Assembly (NCBI GenBank): GCA_950097015.1
Contig: CATNEN010000039.1
Coordinates: 10,478,001-10,542,000 of the forward strand
Source of the DNA: Macrostomum hystrix
Lineage: Eukaryota; Animalia; Platyhelminthes
Direction of reading: 5' to 3'
Length of the DNA stretch: 64,000 nt
Numbering within the stretch: position 1 is the stretch's first letter; each line of letters starts with the position of its first letter. Under the pieces are notes generated by a model that saw only the letters and a program-made list of their open reading frames with translations, was not told the origin of the DNA and ran no database searches. Below are positions 12,901-26,379 of this stretch, piece by piece. The position numbers and the translations under genes were made by a program.

Positions 12901-15900
12901 TCTTGGGAACTGGTTGCAATGTCTAGGGAACTGGTTGCACTGGCTAGGGAACTGGTTGCACTGGCTAGGGAACTGGTTGCACTGGCTAGGGAACTGGTTG
13001 CACTGACTAGGGAACTGGTTGCACTGTCTTGGGAACTGGTTGCACTGACTAGGGAACTGGTTGCACCGTCTAGGAAACTGGTTGCACTGTCTTGGGAACT
13101 GGTTGCACTGTCTAGGGAACTGGTTGCACTGTCTAGGGAACTGGTTGCACTGTCTTGGGAACTGGTTGCACTGTCTAGGGAACTGGTTGCACTGTCTTGG
13201 GAACTGGTTGCACTGGCTAGGGAACTGGTTGCACTGTCTAGGGAACTGGTTGCACTGGCTAGGGAACTGGTTGCACTGTCTTGGGAACTGGTTGCAATGT
13301 CTAGGGAACTGGTTGCACTGACTAGGGAACTGGTTGCAATGTCTTGGGAACTGGTTGCAATGTCTTGGGAACTGGTTGCACTGACTAGGGAACTGGTTGC
13401 ACTGTCTAGGAACTGGTTGCAATGTCTAGGGAACTGATTGCACTGTCTTGGGAACTGGTTGCAATGTCTTGGGAACTGGTTGCACTGACTAGGGAACTGG
13501 TTGCACTGTCTTGGGAACTGGTTGCAATGTCTAGGGAACTGGTTGCACTGTCTAGGAACTGGTTGCACTGGCTAGGGAACTGGTTGCACTGTCTAGGGAA
13601 CTGGTTGCACTGTCTTGGGAACTGGTTGCACTGGCTAGGGAACTGGTTGCACTGTCTAGGGAACTGGTTGCACTGTCTTGGGAACTGGTTGCACTGACTA
13701 GGGAACCGGTTGCACCGTCTAGGGAACCGGTTGCACCGTCTAGGAAACTGGTTGCACTGTCTAGGGAACTGGTTGCACTGGCTAGGGAACTGGTTGCACT
13801 GTCTAGGGAACTGGTTGCACTGGCTAGGGAACTGGTTGCACTGGCTGGGGAACAGGTTGCACTGTCTAGGAACTGGTTGCACTGGCTAGGGAACTGGTTG
13901 CACTGTCTAGGGAACTGGTTGCACTGTCTTGGGAACTGGTTGCAATGTCTAGGGAACTGGTTGCACTGGCTAGGGAACTGGTTGCAATGTCTTGGGAACT
14001 GGTTGCAATGTCTTGGGAACTGGTTGCACTGACTAGGGAACTGGTTGCACTGTCTAGGAACTGGTTGCAATGTCTAGGGAACTGATTGCACTGTCTTGGG
14101 AACTGGTTGCAATGTCTTGGGAACTGGTTGCACTGACTAGGGAACTGGTTGCACTGTCTTGGGAACTGGTTGCAATGTCTAGGGAACTGGTTGCACTGTC
14201 TAGGAACTGGTTGCACTGGCTAGGGAACTGGTTGCACTGTCTAGGGAACTGGTTGCACTGTCTTGGGAACTGGTTGCACTGGCTAGGGAACTGGTTGCAC
14301 TGTCTAGGGAACTGGTTGCACTGTCTTGGGAACTGGTTGCACTGACTAGGGAACCGGTTGCACCGTCTAGGGAACCGGTTGCACCGTCTAGGAAACTGGT
14401 TGCACTGTCTAGGGAACTGGTTGCACTGGCTAGGGAACTGGTTGCACTGTCTAGGGAACTGGTTGCACTGGCTAGGGAACTGGTTGCACTGGCTGGGGAA
14501 CAGGTTGCACTGTCTAGGAACTGGTTGCACTGGCTAGGGAACTGGTTGCACTGTCTAGGGAACTGGTTGCACTGTCTTGGGAACTGGTTGCACTGTCTAG
14601 GAACTGGTTGCACTGGCTAGGGAACTGGTTGCACTGGCTAGGGAACTGGTTGCACTGTCTTGGGAACTGGTTGCACTGTCTAGGAACTGGTTGCGATGTC
14701 GCGGATTGGTAGCTATATTTAGGGGATTGTTAATGGAAAATTCAATATGTATAATTACAATATGCGCGAGCTAGCCAACTAGCTGCCGTAGATGTTTCCA
14801 AAAATGTGCATTTTTTAGGGCCTAGCGCGAATTAAAACCCACCTGCAAGGCGTTGTTTCTGACGTCCAGCAACTGCAGGGTTGGTGTATTCCTCAGCAGG
14901 CTGGCCAAGTGCTGCCCGTCGCTGCTTGTCATCTTGTTTTCAGCCAGCAGAAGCTCGCGCAGGCTTTCATTAATGCGAAGAGCTGTCACTGAAATTATTG
15001 TGAAATCGTTTAGTACATGAACAATTAGATGTCAAGGAATGACTAGTCCCCTGATAAGACAGCGGGTTATTGCAGTCAGGTACATGACTAATTCCCTAAT
15101 TAGACAGTGTGTTATTGCAGCCAGGTACATGACTAATTCCCTAATTAGACAGTGGGTTATTGCAGTCAGGTACATGACTAATTCCCTAATTAGACAGCGG
15201 GTTATTGCAGTCAGGTAAATGACTAACTCCCTAATTAGACAGCGGGTTATTGCAGTCAGGTACATGACTAATTCCCTAATTAGACAGCGGGTTATTGCAG
15301 TCAGGTACATGACTAACTCCCTAATTAGACAGTGGGTTATTGCAGTCAGGTACATGACTAATTCCCTAATTAGACAGCGGGTTATTGCAGTCAGGTACAT
15401 GACTAATTCCCTAATTAGACAGCGGGTTATTGCAGTCAGGTACATGACTAATTCCCTAATTAGACAGCGGTTTATTGCAGTCAGGTACATGACTAATTCC
15501 CTAATTAGACAGTGGGTTATTGCAGTCAGGTACATGACTAATTTCCTAATTAGACAGTGGGTTATTGCAGTCAGGTAAATGACTAATTCCCTAATTAGAC
15601 AGTGTGTTATTGCAGTCAGGTACATGACTAATTCCCTAATTAGACAGTGGGTTATTGCAGTCAGGTACATGACTAATTCCCTAATTAGACAGTGGGTTAT
15701 TGCAGTCAGGTAAATGACTAATTCCCTAATTAGACAGTGTGTTATTGCAGTCAGGTACATGACTAATTCCCTAATTAGACAGTGGGTTATTGCAGTCAGG
15801 TACATGACTAATTCCCTAATTAGACAGTGGGTTATTGCAGTCAGGTACATGACTAATTCCCTAATTAGACAGTGGGTTATTGCAGTCAGGTACATGACTA

Positions 15901-17047
15901 ATTTTCCAATAAAACAGAGAAAAGGCAAAACACCAACCAAGAATGAGCAGATTCCGGCCGGTGATGTTGGAATTTTCCAGGTGGAGAGTCACCAAGGAGG
16001 AGCCGATGCGCAGGGATCGAACCATGGCTGGTATGCTCTGCTCGGACAGTGGAATGCCGTGCAAGTCCAGCGTGTGCATGCACGGAGTTTTCTTGAGCAT
16101 GCGTGAGCACATCTGCCAGCCGCGCAGGCCGATGCGAGTATTGTGAGCGATGTTGAGCTTGCAGCAGGACTCATAGTACTCAATCATGTCGAACAGCGCT
16201 ATGGCGCTATCCTCGTCAAGGCCGCTATTTTCAAAGTCCAGAGTTTTAAACTGCACGCGTTTGAAGATCTCTTCTAACGATTCAACGTGGCGACTGTCTA
16301 GACGAAGATTGCGACAGCTCAGCATCTCGTAGCGATCGTTGCAGACGCTCAGATCGATGCCCTGCAGCTGCTCAAGCAGGTGACGATGCGGTTGAACACA
16401 GTTGGCGTCGCAGGCGGCCTTGTAGGCGCAGACCAGCTCCTCGGTGGTGCAGCTGTAGCCTGGGGCGGGCGGGCGTTTGAGCAGACAATGAAATATTCTT
16501 TCATTACTTTTTTATCAGAATTTTCAACTCTTCCTCAGAGAAATCTTCTCGATTTGCTGAGAGAGATGAGAGATAAGGAGAGGAGACTCAAAAGAGATGA
16601 GACAGTGGGAGATAAGACACATGAGAGATGAGACATGGGAGAGATGATCTATGGGAGAGATGAGACATGGAAGAGCAAGAGATGACACACAGGAGAGATG
16701 AGAGATTGAAAAGATAAGACGAGACAAGAGAGAAATGGGGCATGGGAGATTTTCTTATCTACATACTTCCTTTTTGCCTACCCCAGTTTCATAGAAATCA
16801 GCTTTCAGTACATTTTCCATTAGTTTTTAATAATGCAAAATTTCTTCCTAAAAGCTTGAATCCCAAACTCACCTTTTCCCCATGGATCAGGTGGGTCCAT
16901 ATAGCCGGAGACTATTCTCTCATCATTGGGAAAGGTCACCTTTCTGGATGAGGAGAATTGGCCAGCATCAGCACCAATGCCACCAGTCATTGCATAATCT
17001 CCATCAGAGAGATCATTGCAAGCTGTCAGGTCAACTGTCTCAGCCAT
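9909..17047 (-). CDS. PPP1R37: protein phosphatase 1 regulatory subunit 37 (LRR protein); exons 17047-16873, 16459-15938, 14988-14843, 12312-11875, 11362-10937, 10784-9909
   Basis: RKVTF (RVxF PP1-docking) plus IVSGYMDPPDPW; LEEIFKRVQF, ALFDMIEYYES, GLRGWQ; RI-like LRRs (LVLWHNQI, LNLGHNAIG, LDLRDNQI); all junctions GT-AG and in phase. Confidence 0.9.
9915..10560 (-). repeat. 24-bp coding tandem repeat (EESSEQPR)n in last PPP1R37 exon
   Basis: Open frame 9909-10802 with 8-aa periodicity. Confidence 0.85.
11698..11820. repeat. 24-bp intronic minisatellite (AAATCCTGCAGGTTGTTAGCTTCC)
   Basis: About five tandem copies. Confidence 0.9.
12352..14700. repeat. 20-21-bp intronic minisatellite (GGGAACTGGTTGCACTGTCTA)
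   Basis: ~2.3 kb tandem array. Confidence 0.97.
15036..15915. repeat. 45-bp intronic minisatellite
   Basis: GACTAATTCCCTAATTAGACAGYGGGTTATTGCAGTCAGGTACAT tandem array; explains the 15-aa periodic ORFs. Confidence 0.97.
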
Positions 17048-17705
17048 GAGAATGATTGCTGTGACTTTTATAGTCTTTTATAGGATCTAGAGCTCAACTC
17101 TGTCAGGAAATTATTTACAAATAGAAGCAATTTCATATGTTTTGCTTTGATGTTGATTTTACATATTTGTTTTAATAATTAACATGGAACTGAAAGAATT
17201 TAAAATGAAGTTCATGTAACAGGATAGATTAAAAAATAAACCATATTAAATTATGTCTGGAAACTGGAGAAAAGGGTAGTTATTACAGTCAGTGACAGTC
17301 AGAACTTGTGCAAAATTGCCAAATTTCTGCCAAAAAATAGTTAAGTAGTTTTTTAGCTAGGCAAGCCATGTAGAATAAAATGTCTTGCTAAAAATAATTT
17401 GCTAAGTTTATTGTTCATCAAAAACTATTCTTGACCATTTGCCATTTACCTATTTCTGTTAAGGGTTGCAATCTGTAACAGAATGGTAAAATAAATCAGC
17501 TTTAAAATGACTACCTTTGTGGTGATCTAGAAAAATCTAGTATACTTCCTAAGACAGCTATTTTAGTCTTAACACTCTTAAGTGTGTTTCACAACACAAC
17601 TTTTTACCCTTTTCAAATGTGCAATAATTAAATACTCTGAACTCATTCTTAAACATTCACAAAACTTTAATCCTATATTATATTCTATTCTGGGGATTTG
17701 ATTAA

Positions 17706-18151
17706 GGTAGTTGTTATTTGTCCGGTTAACCGGACAAATAGCCATTTGGTTATTCGTCCGGTTAACCGAGGTTGTAGGGGTTGTAGGCCTAGCGCTACCA
17801 CGAGAACCTCTATCATTTGTAAGATAAAATAATTAACAAGCTGCAAAAGGACAGTCATTCAGATTTGAAGTTTGTGTCTCAAATTATTTTCGCTTATCAG
17901 CTAATTAAAAAAATTAAAACCTTTTCCAGAAATTTGGTTGTTTCAGGGACTAACTTAGTTCAAGGGTATAGTTTGGTCTTTGTGAGGTCAAGACTCAAGA
18001 TGGCTATTAGCATGGCAAGAGTGGTCTTTGGGAGGATCATTGCTCCTGCTCATTGAAAGGGGAGAAATTAAGTCCTTGGGTGGTTAACCGGTTAACCGGA
18101 CAAATAACCAAATGGCTATTTGTCCAGTTAACCGGACAAATAACAACTACC
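17706..18151. mobile_element. Mutator-like (MULE) MITE
   Basis: ~60-bp TIRs (GGTAGTTGTTATTTGTCC...GGACAAATAACAACTACC) flanked by a perfect 9-bp TSD TTTGATTAA (17697-17705, 18152-18160). Confidence 0.9.
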
Positions 18152-19753
18152 TTTGATTAATCTCTGTATTGAAATGTGGTTAACAATCCTGTGTATCGAT
18201 CTCAGCACTAGGCCTATATATGCACGTGTATGATAGTTAATTATAGATTGGCAAGTCTTAAATTAATTAATAAGGAATTCATGATTGATTTACTATTATT
18301 GGAACAGACAATTGACAAGTTAAACAACAAGATATGTCTATTACTATGACTATGCTTAGGAGTTATTGATTTTTTCATTATAGCAGTATACATTCTCACA
18401 TTATTACAAAGCTGAGAAACAGATACTTTAATAAATATGCAATTATAGATATACAACTTAAAAAAACTAACTAGGCCTAGCTAGCTAATTATTAATATAA
18501 AAACTCCACTTCTTTAGAAGAAAGAAAAAACAAAAATAGAATAATCCATGTATCTTGTTAGTAGCAAAAACAAGAACGGCCCTGTATTTTTTTAAATTAC
18601 TAGAACCTAGAAGTAAAACTTAAATTTTAAAGCTATCTAACCAACCTACAGCCTAGCCAGGTACTAAAAAGTAAAAATGATAACTCGGTCTGCAATTAAT
18701 AACTTGCTGGATTTTCTATTGATTCAATTTCCGAGTGTAGCCCTACTTTTCCACAAACAAGTCAATTTACTTGCATGGCTTTTTTAAAGTTCTTATCGCA
18801 TATTTTAAATTTTACTGGTTCTTCTGATTGATGTGGGAAGGGTGATGCGATTAAATTACTACGTACCTACGTTTGATAAAAAGTGATTTGAAATTCCTAT
18901 ATTTTAGTTATTGATATATGTTCAATTATAACAACGAAAAAATCATTACGGTAATCTATGTATTACTGCTTTATACTTTTCTGCTCATTTAAACGGGAAA
19001 AAACAAAAATTATAGCTATTTTCCAAATATCAAAAAGCTTATTTGTCCGGTTAACAGGACGAATATCCAAAATAGCTAATTGTCCAGTTAACCGGATGCA
19101 GAAACTTATCCCTTAAGTTAAGGTGCGAACCTTCATCCATCCCCTGCCTCAGCTTTAAGCTCTCGCTATTGTTTAAAGCCTATTTCACGATTCGATATTG
19201 CGATTATAGTTAGATAAATTCATCCCGGCAGTAGAATAATAAATATAATAAACCCAGTCATATGTTAATTGAAAACTTTTAAAGAAATGACTCTTTGTTG
19301 TTATCGTGTTGAAAGATATACAAATCCATTAACTTTACCTTAGTCAGCTTAGTGCCTCAGCTTTTTTAGCAATACTAAAATGAACTGCACTATATTAGGT
19401 TTCGACTTATAACAGTTATATATGTTAAACATATATATATATTATAATATGCTTAAATCTGCAAAAATTGTTGCAATTTTTGCTTCGATTTTTATCGAAA
19501 CGCGTTTAGATATATAAATAAACACCAGGAAGTATAATCGACCAAGAATGATCGGCCTTTGCCGCGACCAAAAAACGATTCCTCAGCCGACTTCATGGCC
19601 AAAGAAACGTTTTTGAGGGGTATTATAGACATAGACATGTACATAGACAACTTGAAAATCAGCCTGAAACGCTTGGATTTTGCCACTGTGGATTCAATCG
19701 AATGGTCGATGGATCAATTGGTCTGCAAAAGCAATTTAATCGTTAAGTATAGA

Positions 19754-20595
19754 ATAATACCCCCCTGATTTCGTTTCTTTGGCCTACGAACGGCTGAGGA
19801 CGCGTTTCTTGGCCGAGGCGAAGCCGAGGCCCAGAAGCGCAGTCCGAAGCCGTTCGTAGGCCATAGGCAACTGATTGTTCTGACTATGGATTTGAGGGCA
19901 GGAATGAGCATGGAATCCTCGTTGTACTTGTTTCACGATTGGCCAAGACTAAAACAGCGGGCACGGAATGTCGTTGTGTGCCCACTGCCCTGAGAATTCG
20001 TCTATGTCCAAAGCCCCTAAAGCCTGTTCATACAGCTGCAGTGAAGAGAGACGTGGAGGCATCGGACTAGAGCTGAGATTACTTTCAGCTCTCAGCTTTC
20101 AATTATGCCACATTGAAAGGCATAAGAGGAACCAGGACTCTTAAGTCGTTCAATGTGGTTCCGAGTAGTAGCCAATGTCGAAGGCGACTTTGAGGATGCC
20201 TCGATGTCCTTAATGTTTTGAAGTTCTTTCGCATCCAGCCGTGAGGCAATCATGCGACCCAAACGACCTCAAGCCTACCGCTGTACTGGAAATGGACAGC
20301 GTCCGACTTAGTTTCTTCATTTAGTGGACTATAGACTAACGTGGAGTATTAAAGGAACTCATCTGGTCACATGCAGCCATTGCACACGCTATGTATACGT
20401 GACATATCGGTTGTACTTTTAAGGCCATGTTCATAAGTTTCACTTTGTACTTTTCAAGTTTAATCGCAAAAAAAAATTCATGCGTTACAAACGTTTACGC
20501 TTATGCCATAGACAAAATCTGCGGGCAACACACTGACGATTCCTTAGGCCGTCTTGCCCGCGAAATCGTGAGATAACGAGTTCAGGGGGTATTAT
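19754..20595. mobile_element. probable non-autonomous DNA element
   Basis: Inverted ends ATAATACCCCCTGA.../...TCAGGGGGTATTAT; left end recurs at ~21650-21700. Confidence 0.5.
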
Positions 20596-22235
20596 ATATA
20601 TTATTTAATCCTAAAGCTTGGCCCGGCTCCCGAGATTGCACTACTAAAACTGTTTACAGCAACTGTGACCATAGACTATATGTTTAATCGGCCTAGGCCG
20701 TTAAATGACTGGCTTAGGCCAGTTAAATAATAAATACATAGAATTAATAGCCAATAGGCCGGGCCAAGCTGGGGATTAAATTAAATTTAATAACATCCGC
20801 CTCGATTTTGTTCTATGGGCGAAAGTCTCGCGCTGAGAGTCTCGTGGAAAGGACTTTCTTTCCCACAGAGCAAAGTCGAGGCGGGTGTTATTATAACACA
20901 TCCAGGATATCCAGGAACATCCAGAAAAAGTTCTCTGGAAGATTTTGTCGGCCTACTTGACATAACAGAGGACAAAATATTACAGAATAATTTTGTGGCA
21001 CTTAGCTGCAGGTGGGTACCTGTAGGTTTTGTCCATTAACAACTTACGCGTCTTTACAAACTAAAAGTGAAAGCGATGACACACGCATATTGAAAGCCAA
21101 GAGGTTTTTCTCTGTTTAGAGTACTTCAAAAAATATGTTATTTCTACGCGATAGAACCTACTTTTTTAACGCTTTAAGTATTTTTTCGTTTTTAACATAA
21201 GCACTAGTCTCCTATTTGTATTTTATACTATTTTAAAAAAACTAACCCATTTTGACTCAAATGTACTAATATATTTGTGCTTTACATTTAACACCATTCA
21301 TTAGACAAGCTATAGCCCTCTTTACTCTATGGAGGATGCTAAGCGATGTACGAGTAAAGCGGAGGGAGTACTGATCATATTATTTCGTATAAACATGAAC
21401 ATAAAAGATGGTTTAAAAGAGGCCATACTATCTTCCCACTGTTGGGAAAAGACCAACGAGGGTATTTCAAATACCCACCGTCTACCGAAAGACCGATTTT
21501 CGGGAGAGTCGATCATATTGATCGAAATTTTCTGCTCTTTATGATGAACTAAATCGTAGTTCATTAAACTAACTCGAGTCTGCATCGTCTTGATTTTAAG
21601 CGATTCTTGTCGGAAGACCAAATTGACCGGGACAAGTGGGGAATAAAAAATAATACGCCCCTGATTTCGTTTATTTGGCCTACGAACGGCTGAGGACGCT
21701 GAGAACTCAGGAGCTAGCTGAGAACTGGTGACAAAAACAACGAGGCGCTGTATAAATCTATGGCGAATCCATATTGGTTAAAATTTATAATATGGTAACA
21801 TTATGAAATTGCTATGACAAAAAATTATGCCCGTATACACTTATGGACTTTGCCACCAGACATCCCGACAAGAATCTCTAAATATCTCGACGATGCCGAC
21901 ATTTTGTGATTCTGGAAGTTGTTTCATTGGATCAGCTGACAATTTTAGGCCATGTTTTCTGCATTTTCATGGCGATTGGTTGAATATTTTAGGAGATACA
22001 GAAAATATTTGCATGGGTAGTTGAAATACCCCCAGCGGTCTTCCTGCTGTTAAAGTGAGATAAAGTGAGGCAACGAGGAATATGAGACCACCCTGACCCA
22101 GACGCGAGATCTACTGCAGCCCATGATGCGCCGCCTGGTCAAATCTATTCTGGCGACGGAGTCGAACGATGCCTATTGGCATCGATGCTTACAGAGCTAC
22201 TAGCGTTCCCTTTCCTTTTCCGCCCCTTCCATTCC

Positions 22236-24183
22236 CTCTGTAGCTGTGACGTCCCTCCTCTCTGTAGCTGTGGTGCCCCTCCTCTCTGTAGCTGTGACGC
22301 CCCTCCCTCTGTAGCTGTGGTGCCCCTCCTCTCTGTAGCTGTGACGCCCCTCCCTCTGTAGCTGTGGTGCCCCTCCTCTCTGTAGCTGTGACGCCCCTCC
22401 CTCTGTAGCTGTGGTGCCCCTCCTCTCTGTAGCTGTGACGCCCCTCCCTCTGTAGCTGTGGTGCCCCTCCTCTCTGTAGCTGTGACGCCCCTCCCTCTGT
22501 AGCTGTGACGCCTCTCCCTCTGTAGCTGTGGTGCCCCTCCTCTCTGTAGCTGTGGTGCCCCTCCTCTCTGTAGCTGTGACGCCCCTCCCTCTGTAGCTGT
22601 GACGCCTCTCCCTCTGTAGCTGTGACGCCTCTCCCTCTGTAGCTGTGGTGCCCCTCCTCTCTGTAGCTGTGACGCCCCTCCCTCTGTAGCTGTGGTGCCC
22701 CTCCTCTCTGTAGCTGTGACGCCCCTCCCTCTGTAGCTGTGGTGCCCCTCCTCTCTGTAGCTGTGACGCCCCTCCCTCTGTAGCTGTGGTGCCCCTCCTC
22801 TTTGTAGCTGTGACGTCCCTCCCTCTGTAGCTGTGGTGCCCCTCCTCTCTGTAGCTGTGACGTCCCTCCTTCTGTAGCTGTGACGTCCCTCAGTCTGTAG
22901 CTGTGACGTCCCTCCCTCTGTAGCTGTGACGTCCCTCCCTCTGTAGCTGTGGTGCCCCTCCTCTTTGTAGCTGTGACGTCCCTCCCTCTGTAGCTGTGGT
23001 GCCCCTCCTCTCTGTAGCTGTGACGCCCCTCCCTCTGTAGCTGTGACGTCCCTCACTCTGTAGCTGTGACGCCCCTCCCTCTGTAGCTGTGACGCCCCTC
23101 CCTCTGTAGCTGTGACGTCCCTCACTCTGTAGCTGTGGTGCCCCTCCTCTCTGTAGCTGTGACGCCCCTCCCTCTGTAGCTGTGACGTCCCTCACTCTGT
23201 AGCTGTGACGCCCCTCCCTCTGTAGCTGTGACGTCCCTCCCTCTGTAGCTGTGACGTCCCTCACTCTGTAGCTGTGACGCCCCTCACTCTGTAGCTGTGA
23301 CGTCCCTCAGTCTGTAGCTGTGACGTCCCTCCTTCTGTAGCTGTGACGTCCCTCAGTCTGTAGCTGTGACGTCCCTCCCTCTGTAGCTGTGACGTCCCTC
23401 CCTCTGTAGCTGTGGTGCCCCTCCTCTTTGTAGCTGTGACGTCCCTCCTTCTGTAGCTGTGACGTCCCTCACTCTGTAGCTGTGACGTCCCTCAGTCTGT
23501 AGCTGTGACGTCCCTCCCTCTGTAGCTGTGACGTCCCTCCCTCTGTAGCTGTGGTGCCCCTCCTCTCTGTAGCTGTGACGCCCCTCACTCTGTAGCTGTG
23601 ACGTCCCTCCCTCTGTAGCTGTGACGTCCCTCCCTCTGTAGCTGTGGTGCCCCTCCTCTTTGTAGCTGTGACGTCCCTCCTTCTGTAGCTGTGACGTCCC
23701 TCACTCTGTAGCTGTGACGTCCCTCCCTCTGTAGCTGTGACGTCCCTCCCTCTGTAGCTGTGGTGCCCCTCCTCTTTGTAGCTGTGACGTCCCTCCTTCT
23801 GTAGCTGTGACGTCCCTCACTCTGTAGCTGTGACGTCCCTCAGTCTGTAGCTGTGACGTCCCTCCCTCTGTAGCTGTGACGTCCCTCCCTCTGTAGCTGT
23901 GGTGCCCCTCCTCTCTGTAGCTGTGACGCCCCTCACTCTGTAGCTGTGACGTCCCTCCCTCTGTAGCTGTGACGTCCCTCCCTCTGTAGCTGTGGTGCCC
24001 CTCCTCTTTGTAGCTGTGACGTCCCTCCTTCTGTAGCTGTGACGTCCCTCACTCTGTAGCTGTGACGTCCCTCACTCTGTAGCTGTGGTGCCCCTCCTCT
24101 CTGTAGCTGTGACGTCCCTCCCTCTGTAGCTGTGACGTCCCTCCCTCTGTAGCTGTGACGTCCCTCCCTCTGTAGCTGTGACG
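22236..24183. repeat. 23/24-bp minisatellite (CTGTAGCTGTGACGCCCCTCCCT)
   Basis: ~1.95 kb array of interspersed variants. Confidence 0.97.
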
Positions 24184-24187
24184 CTCG

Positions 24188-26090
24188 TGCTCAGCGTCAG
24201 CAAAAAAACCTAATTATCAGACAATTAGACAGGCATCAGTCAGAAAACCACATGAACGGAAATGTAAAGTTTTCCTCTACAATTCCATCGTTATTACCGT
24301 AGGGCGATTTGCTGGGTAGTTAGTTCGCTAAAGTTCTCACAATTAAGCGACTCGGAAAAGCAGAAAAGCTAAAACTCTAGGTTTCAGACATAGACATGCT
24401 GAAGTTTACTGCGTGAAAGCTCAATGCATCAGCTTAACTTCTGTGGCCAAAACTGCCTGCTTTCACGAACTTTCACGACTGGACAGGGAATGCCCCTCGC
24501 TTATAAGCCGAGATAGCTGTCTTTTGACACCCACGCAAAACATTCTTAGCTCAGGTTTCACTCAGCAAGTCAATCGAAGGACATAATTTATCATAATATG
24601 AAGTCGACCACAGCACCAACGATTATGCTGCTGTTTCTGCTGCTGATCACGCTGACTCTGCTGACTGAATCTCAAGCAGCTGCTATCGGTGACGGACAAA
24701 GAGTTTCTGAATCAGAGCAGTTAAAACAACTGACGGAAACATTAATTAGTGCTTTAGGTTATGTCCGCGATATCCGGTGAGAGCAGGCATGACGCCACAT
24801 TTTAATTATTAATTGTTTGTCCTACATTGACGTATTTTTGAGACTGAAATGGACGTTCTTATGTTTGGAAAGGACAAAATATTGGCTAGTCATTTTATGA
24901 GATAAAGGAATGTAAATGTTCTTTTACCTATAGCTCACCGCAGTCTGCCTCTAAGATTTATATATCATGGTCTAAACACTGTCGGTAAAGGAAATCATTG
25001 AGTCCATTATAATGGAATCAAATTAAAAAAGCGCGGAGGAACATTTGTGTCATATAACAAAATGATGATAATGCTTAAGCATGCAAATATATATTTACTA
25101 GCACTCCGTCAGTGTGTTTCTAAAGTGTTCGCACGCCACAGACGTTCATTGTATATTTAGCGCTTAAAAATGCCGCACGCGTTCTTGGCATCGATGGTAA
25201 AAATACTCATTGACGCACAGTAAAATCAATGACTAATGTTTATAGATGGGAAATTAACCTAACCCAGTTGGGCCGAACGTACAGTCAGTGGCGACTCCGT
25301 ACAGCTGTTAAGTTCAGTCCATATAGGCAAGAGACAAGCAGTCTGGCCGCAGTGAGGTAGAAGGAAATGTCAAATCACCGATCTCTAAAATACGTGATTT
25401 TATGTTTTTTATTGATAAACCAAAACCAATTGTTTTTCACTTGCGCAGGCATGGATTAAACACAATGGACTGGAATCGTTCCGAATAGGCAGAATGCAAG
25501 TCACCTTGGACTGCACTGACCAACAGAAGCTTGATTAACATACTTCTTTCAACAGAATCTAAAATATGACATTTTAAATAACTGAAAGCATGTGTTTTAG
25601 AAAATTTCTATAAAATCTAAGAATATCACTGATATCACTGTTAATGTATTGGCTTTATTTCACTAATACCACCAAAGTTGCTGTGCAATGTTTAACCGCT
25701 CTTTATTGGAAATATGGTTTTGTCAAAGTAATTCAGACTGGTAGCGTGTATCTGAGTGTCTTAGTATAACTATTCTGGTAGCGTTTAGTACAATTGTCTA
25801 GTAGTCAATCTGGTAGCGTTTTCTATTGCCGTATTTTCATTTCTATGTATTCCTGTCCGCTCTTAGGCGTTACCAATGATCCAAGTTTAACTGCTTTCTC
25901 AGAAATCAATGCGAACGTTCCTATTTATGCTTGCGTATTACACCAATGCAAAACGTTATCTTTCCTCAGCTCTCGTAAAACAAGTAAAACTGAATTCATC
26001 ACTTATAACAAATATTATTTCGCGAGTGTTTCTAAGAAAGTTTTCAAATCGCACTGCATCAACTGACCTCCCTACAGGTGTTTTTTGAAA
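24188..26090 (+). repeat. segmental duplication, copy 1 (copy 2 at ~34643-36556; remnant at 62460-62664)
   Basis: Long co-linear near-identity covering promoter, exon 1, intron and 3' flank. Confidence 0.95.
24598..25488 (+). CDS. small secreted peptide, diverged NPF-like paralog lacking RFamide (exons 24598-24776, 25449-25488)
   Basis: Signal peptide; phase-2 intron CG|GTGAGA...GCGCAG|G; spliced C-terminus ...GYVRDIRHGLNTMDWNRSE*. Confidence 0.7.
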
Positions 26091-26379
26091 CAAGTCATAA
26101 TATAATATTAAATATACAATATAATAACTATTAAACAATATGAACATGAAACGGAAAACATGAAAGACCAGCAAACGAGGCGACTAAAAAGTAGGACGCT
26201 TGTATATAGTCATGTACCAAATTAGCACGTAATGTGAGTTCTGCTGCTCTCTCACCTAGCCCAGTGTGCGCCTCCAAAATCACCTCTCACCTTTTGCTTA
26301 GTATCCTATGGGTCCGTTCTCCCGTTCTGCTCAATGTATGCCGCCATGCTAATGCACATTCGCTCTAAACCGCCCAAAG

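Noticed and set aside
12612-15940. Many Cys/Gln- or Ser-rich ORFs
   Set aside because: Intronic minisatellite translations within PPP1R37
21322-21621. Possible P-loop GTPase fragment (INMIDSP)
   Set aside because: Only one weak motif; no Walker A and no exon structure found
22145-23264. 326-aa repetitive ORF
   Set aside because: Translation of the 23/24-bp minisatellite
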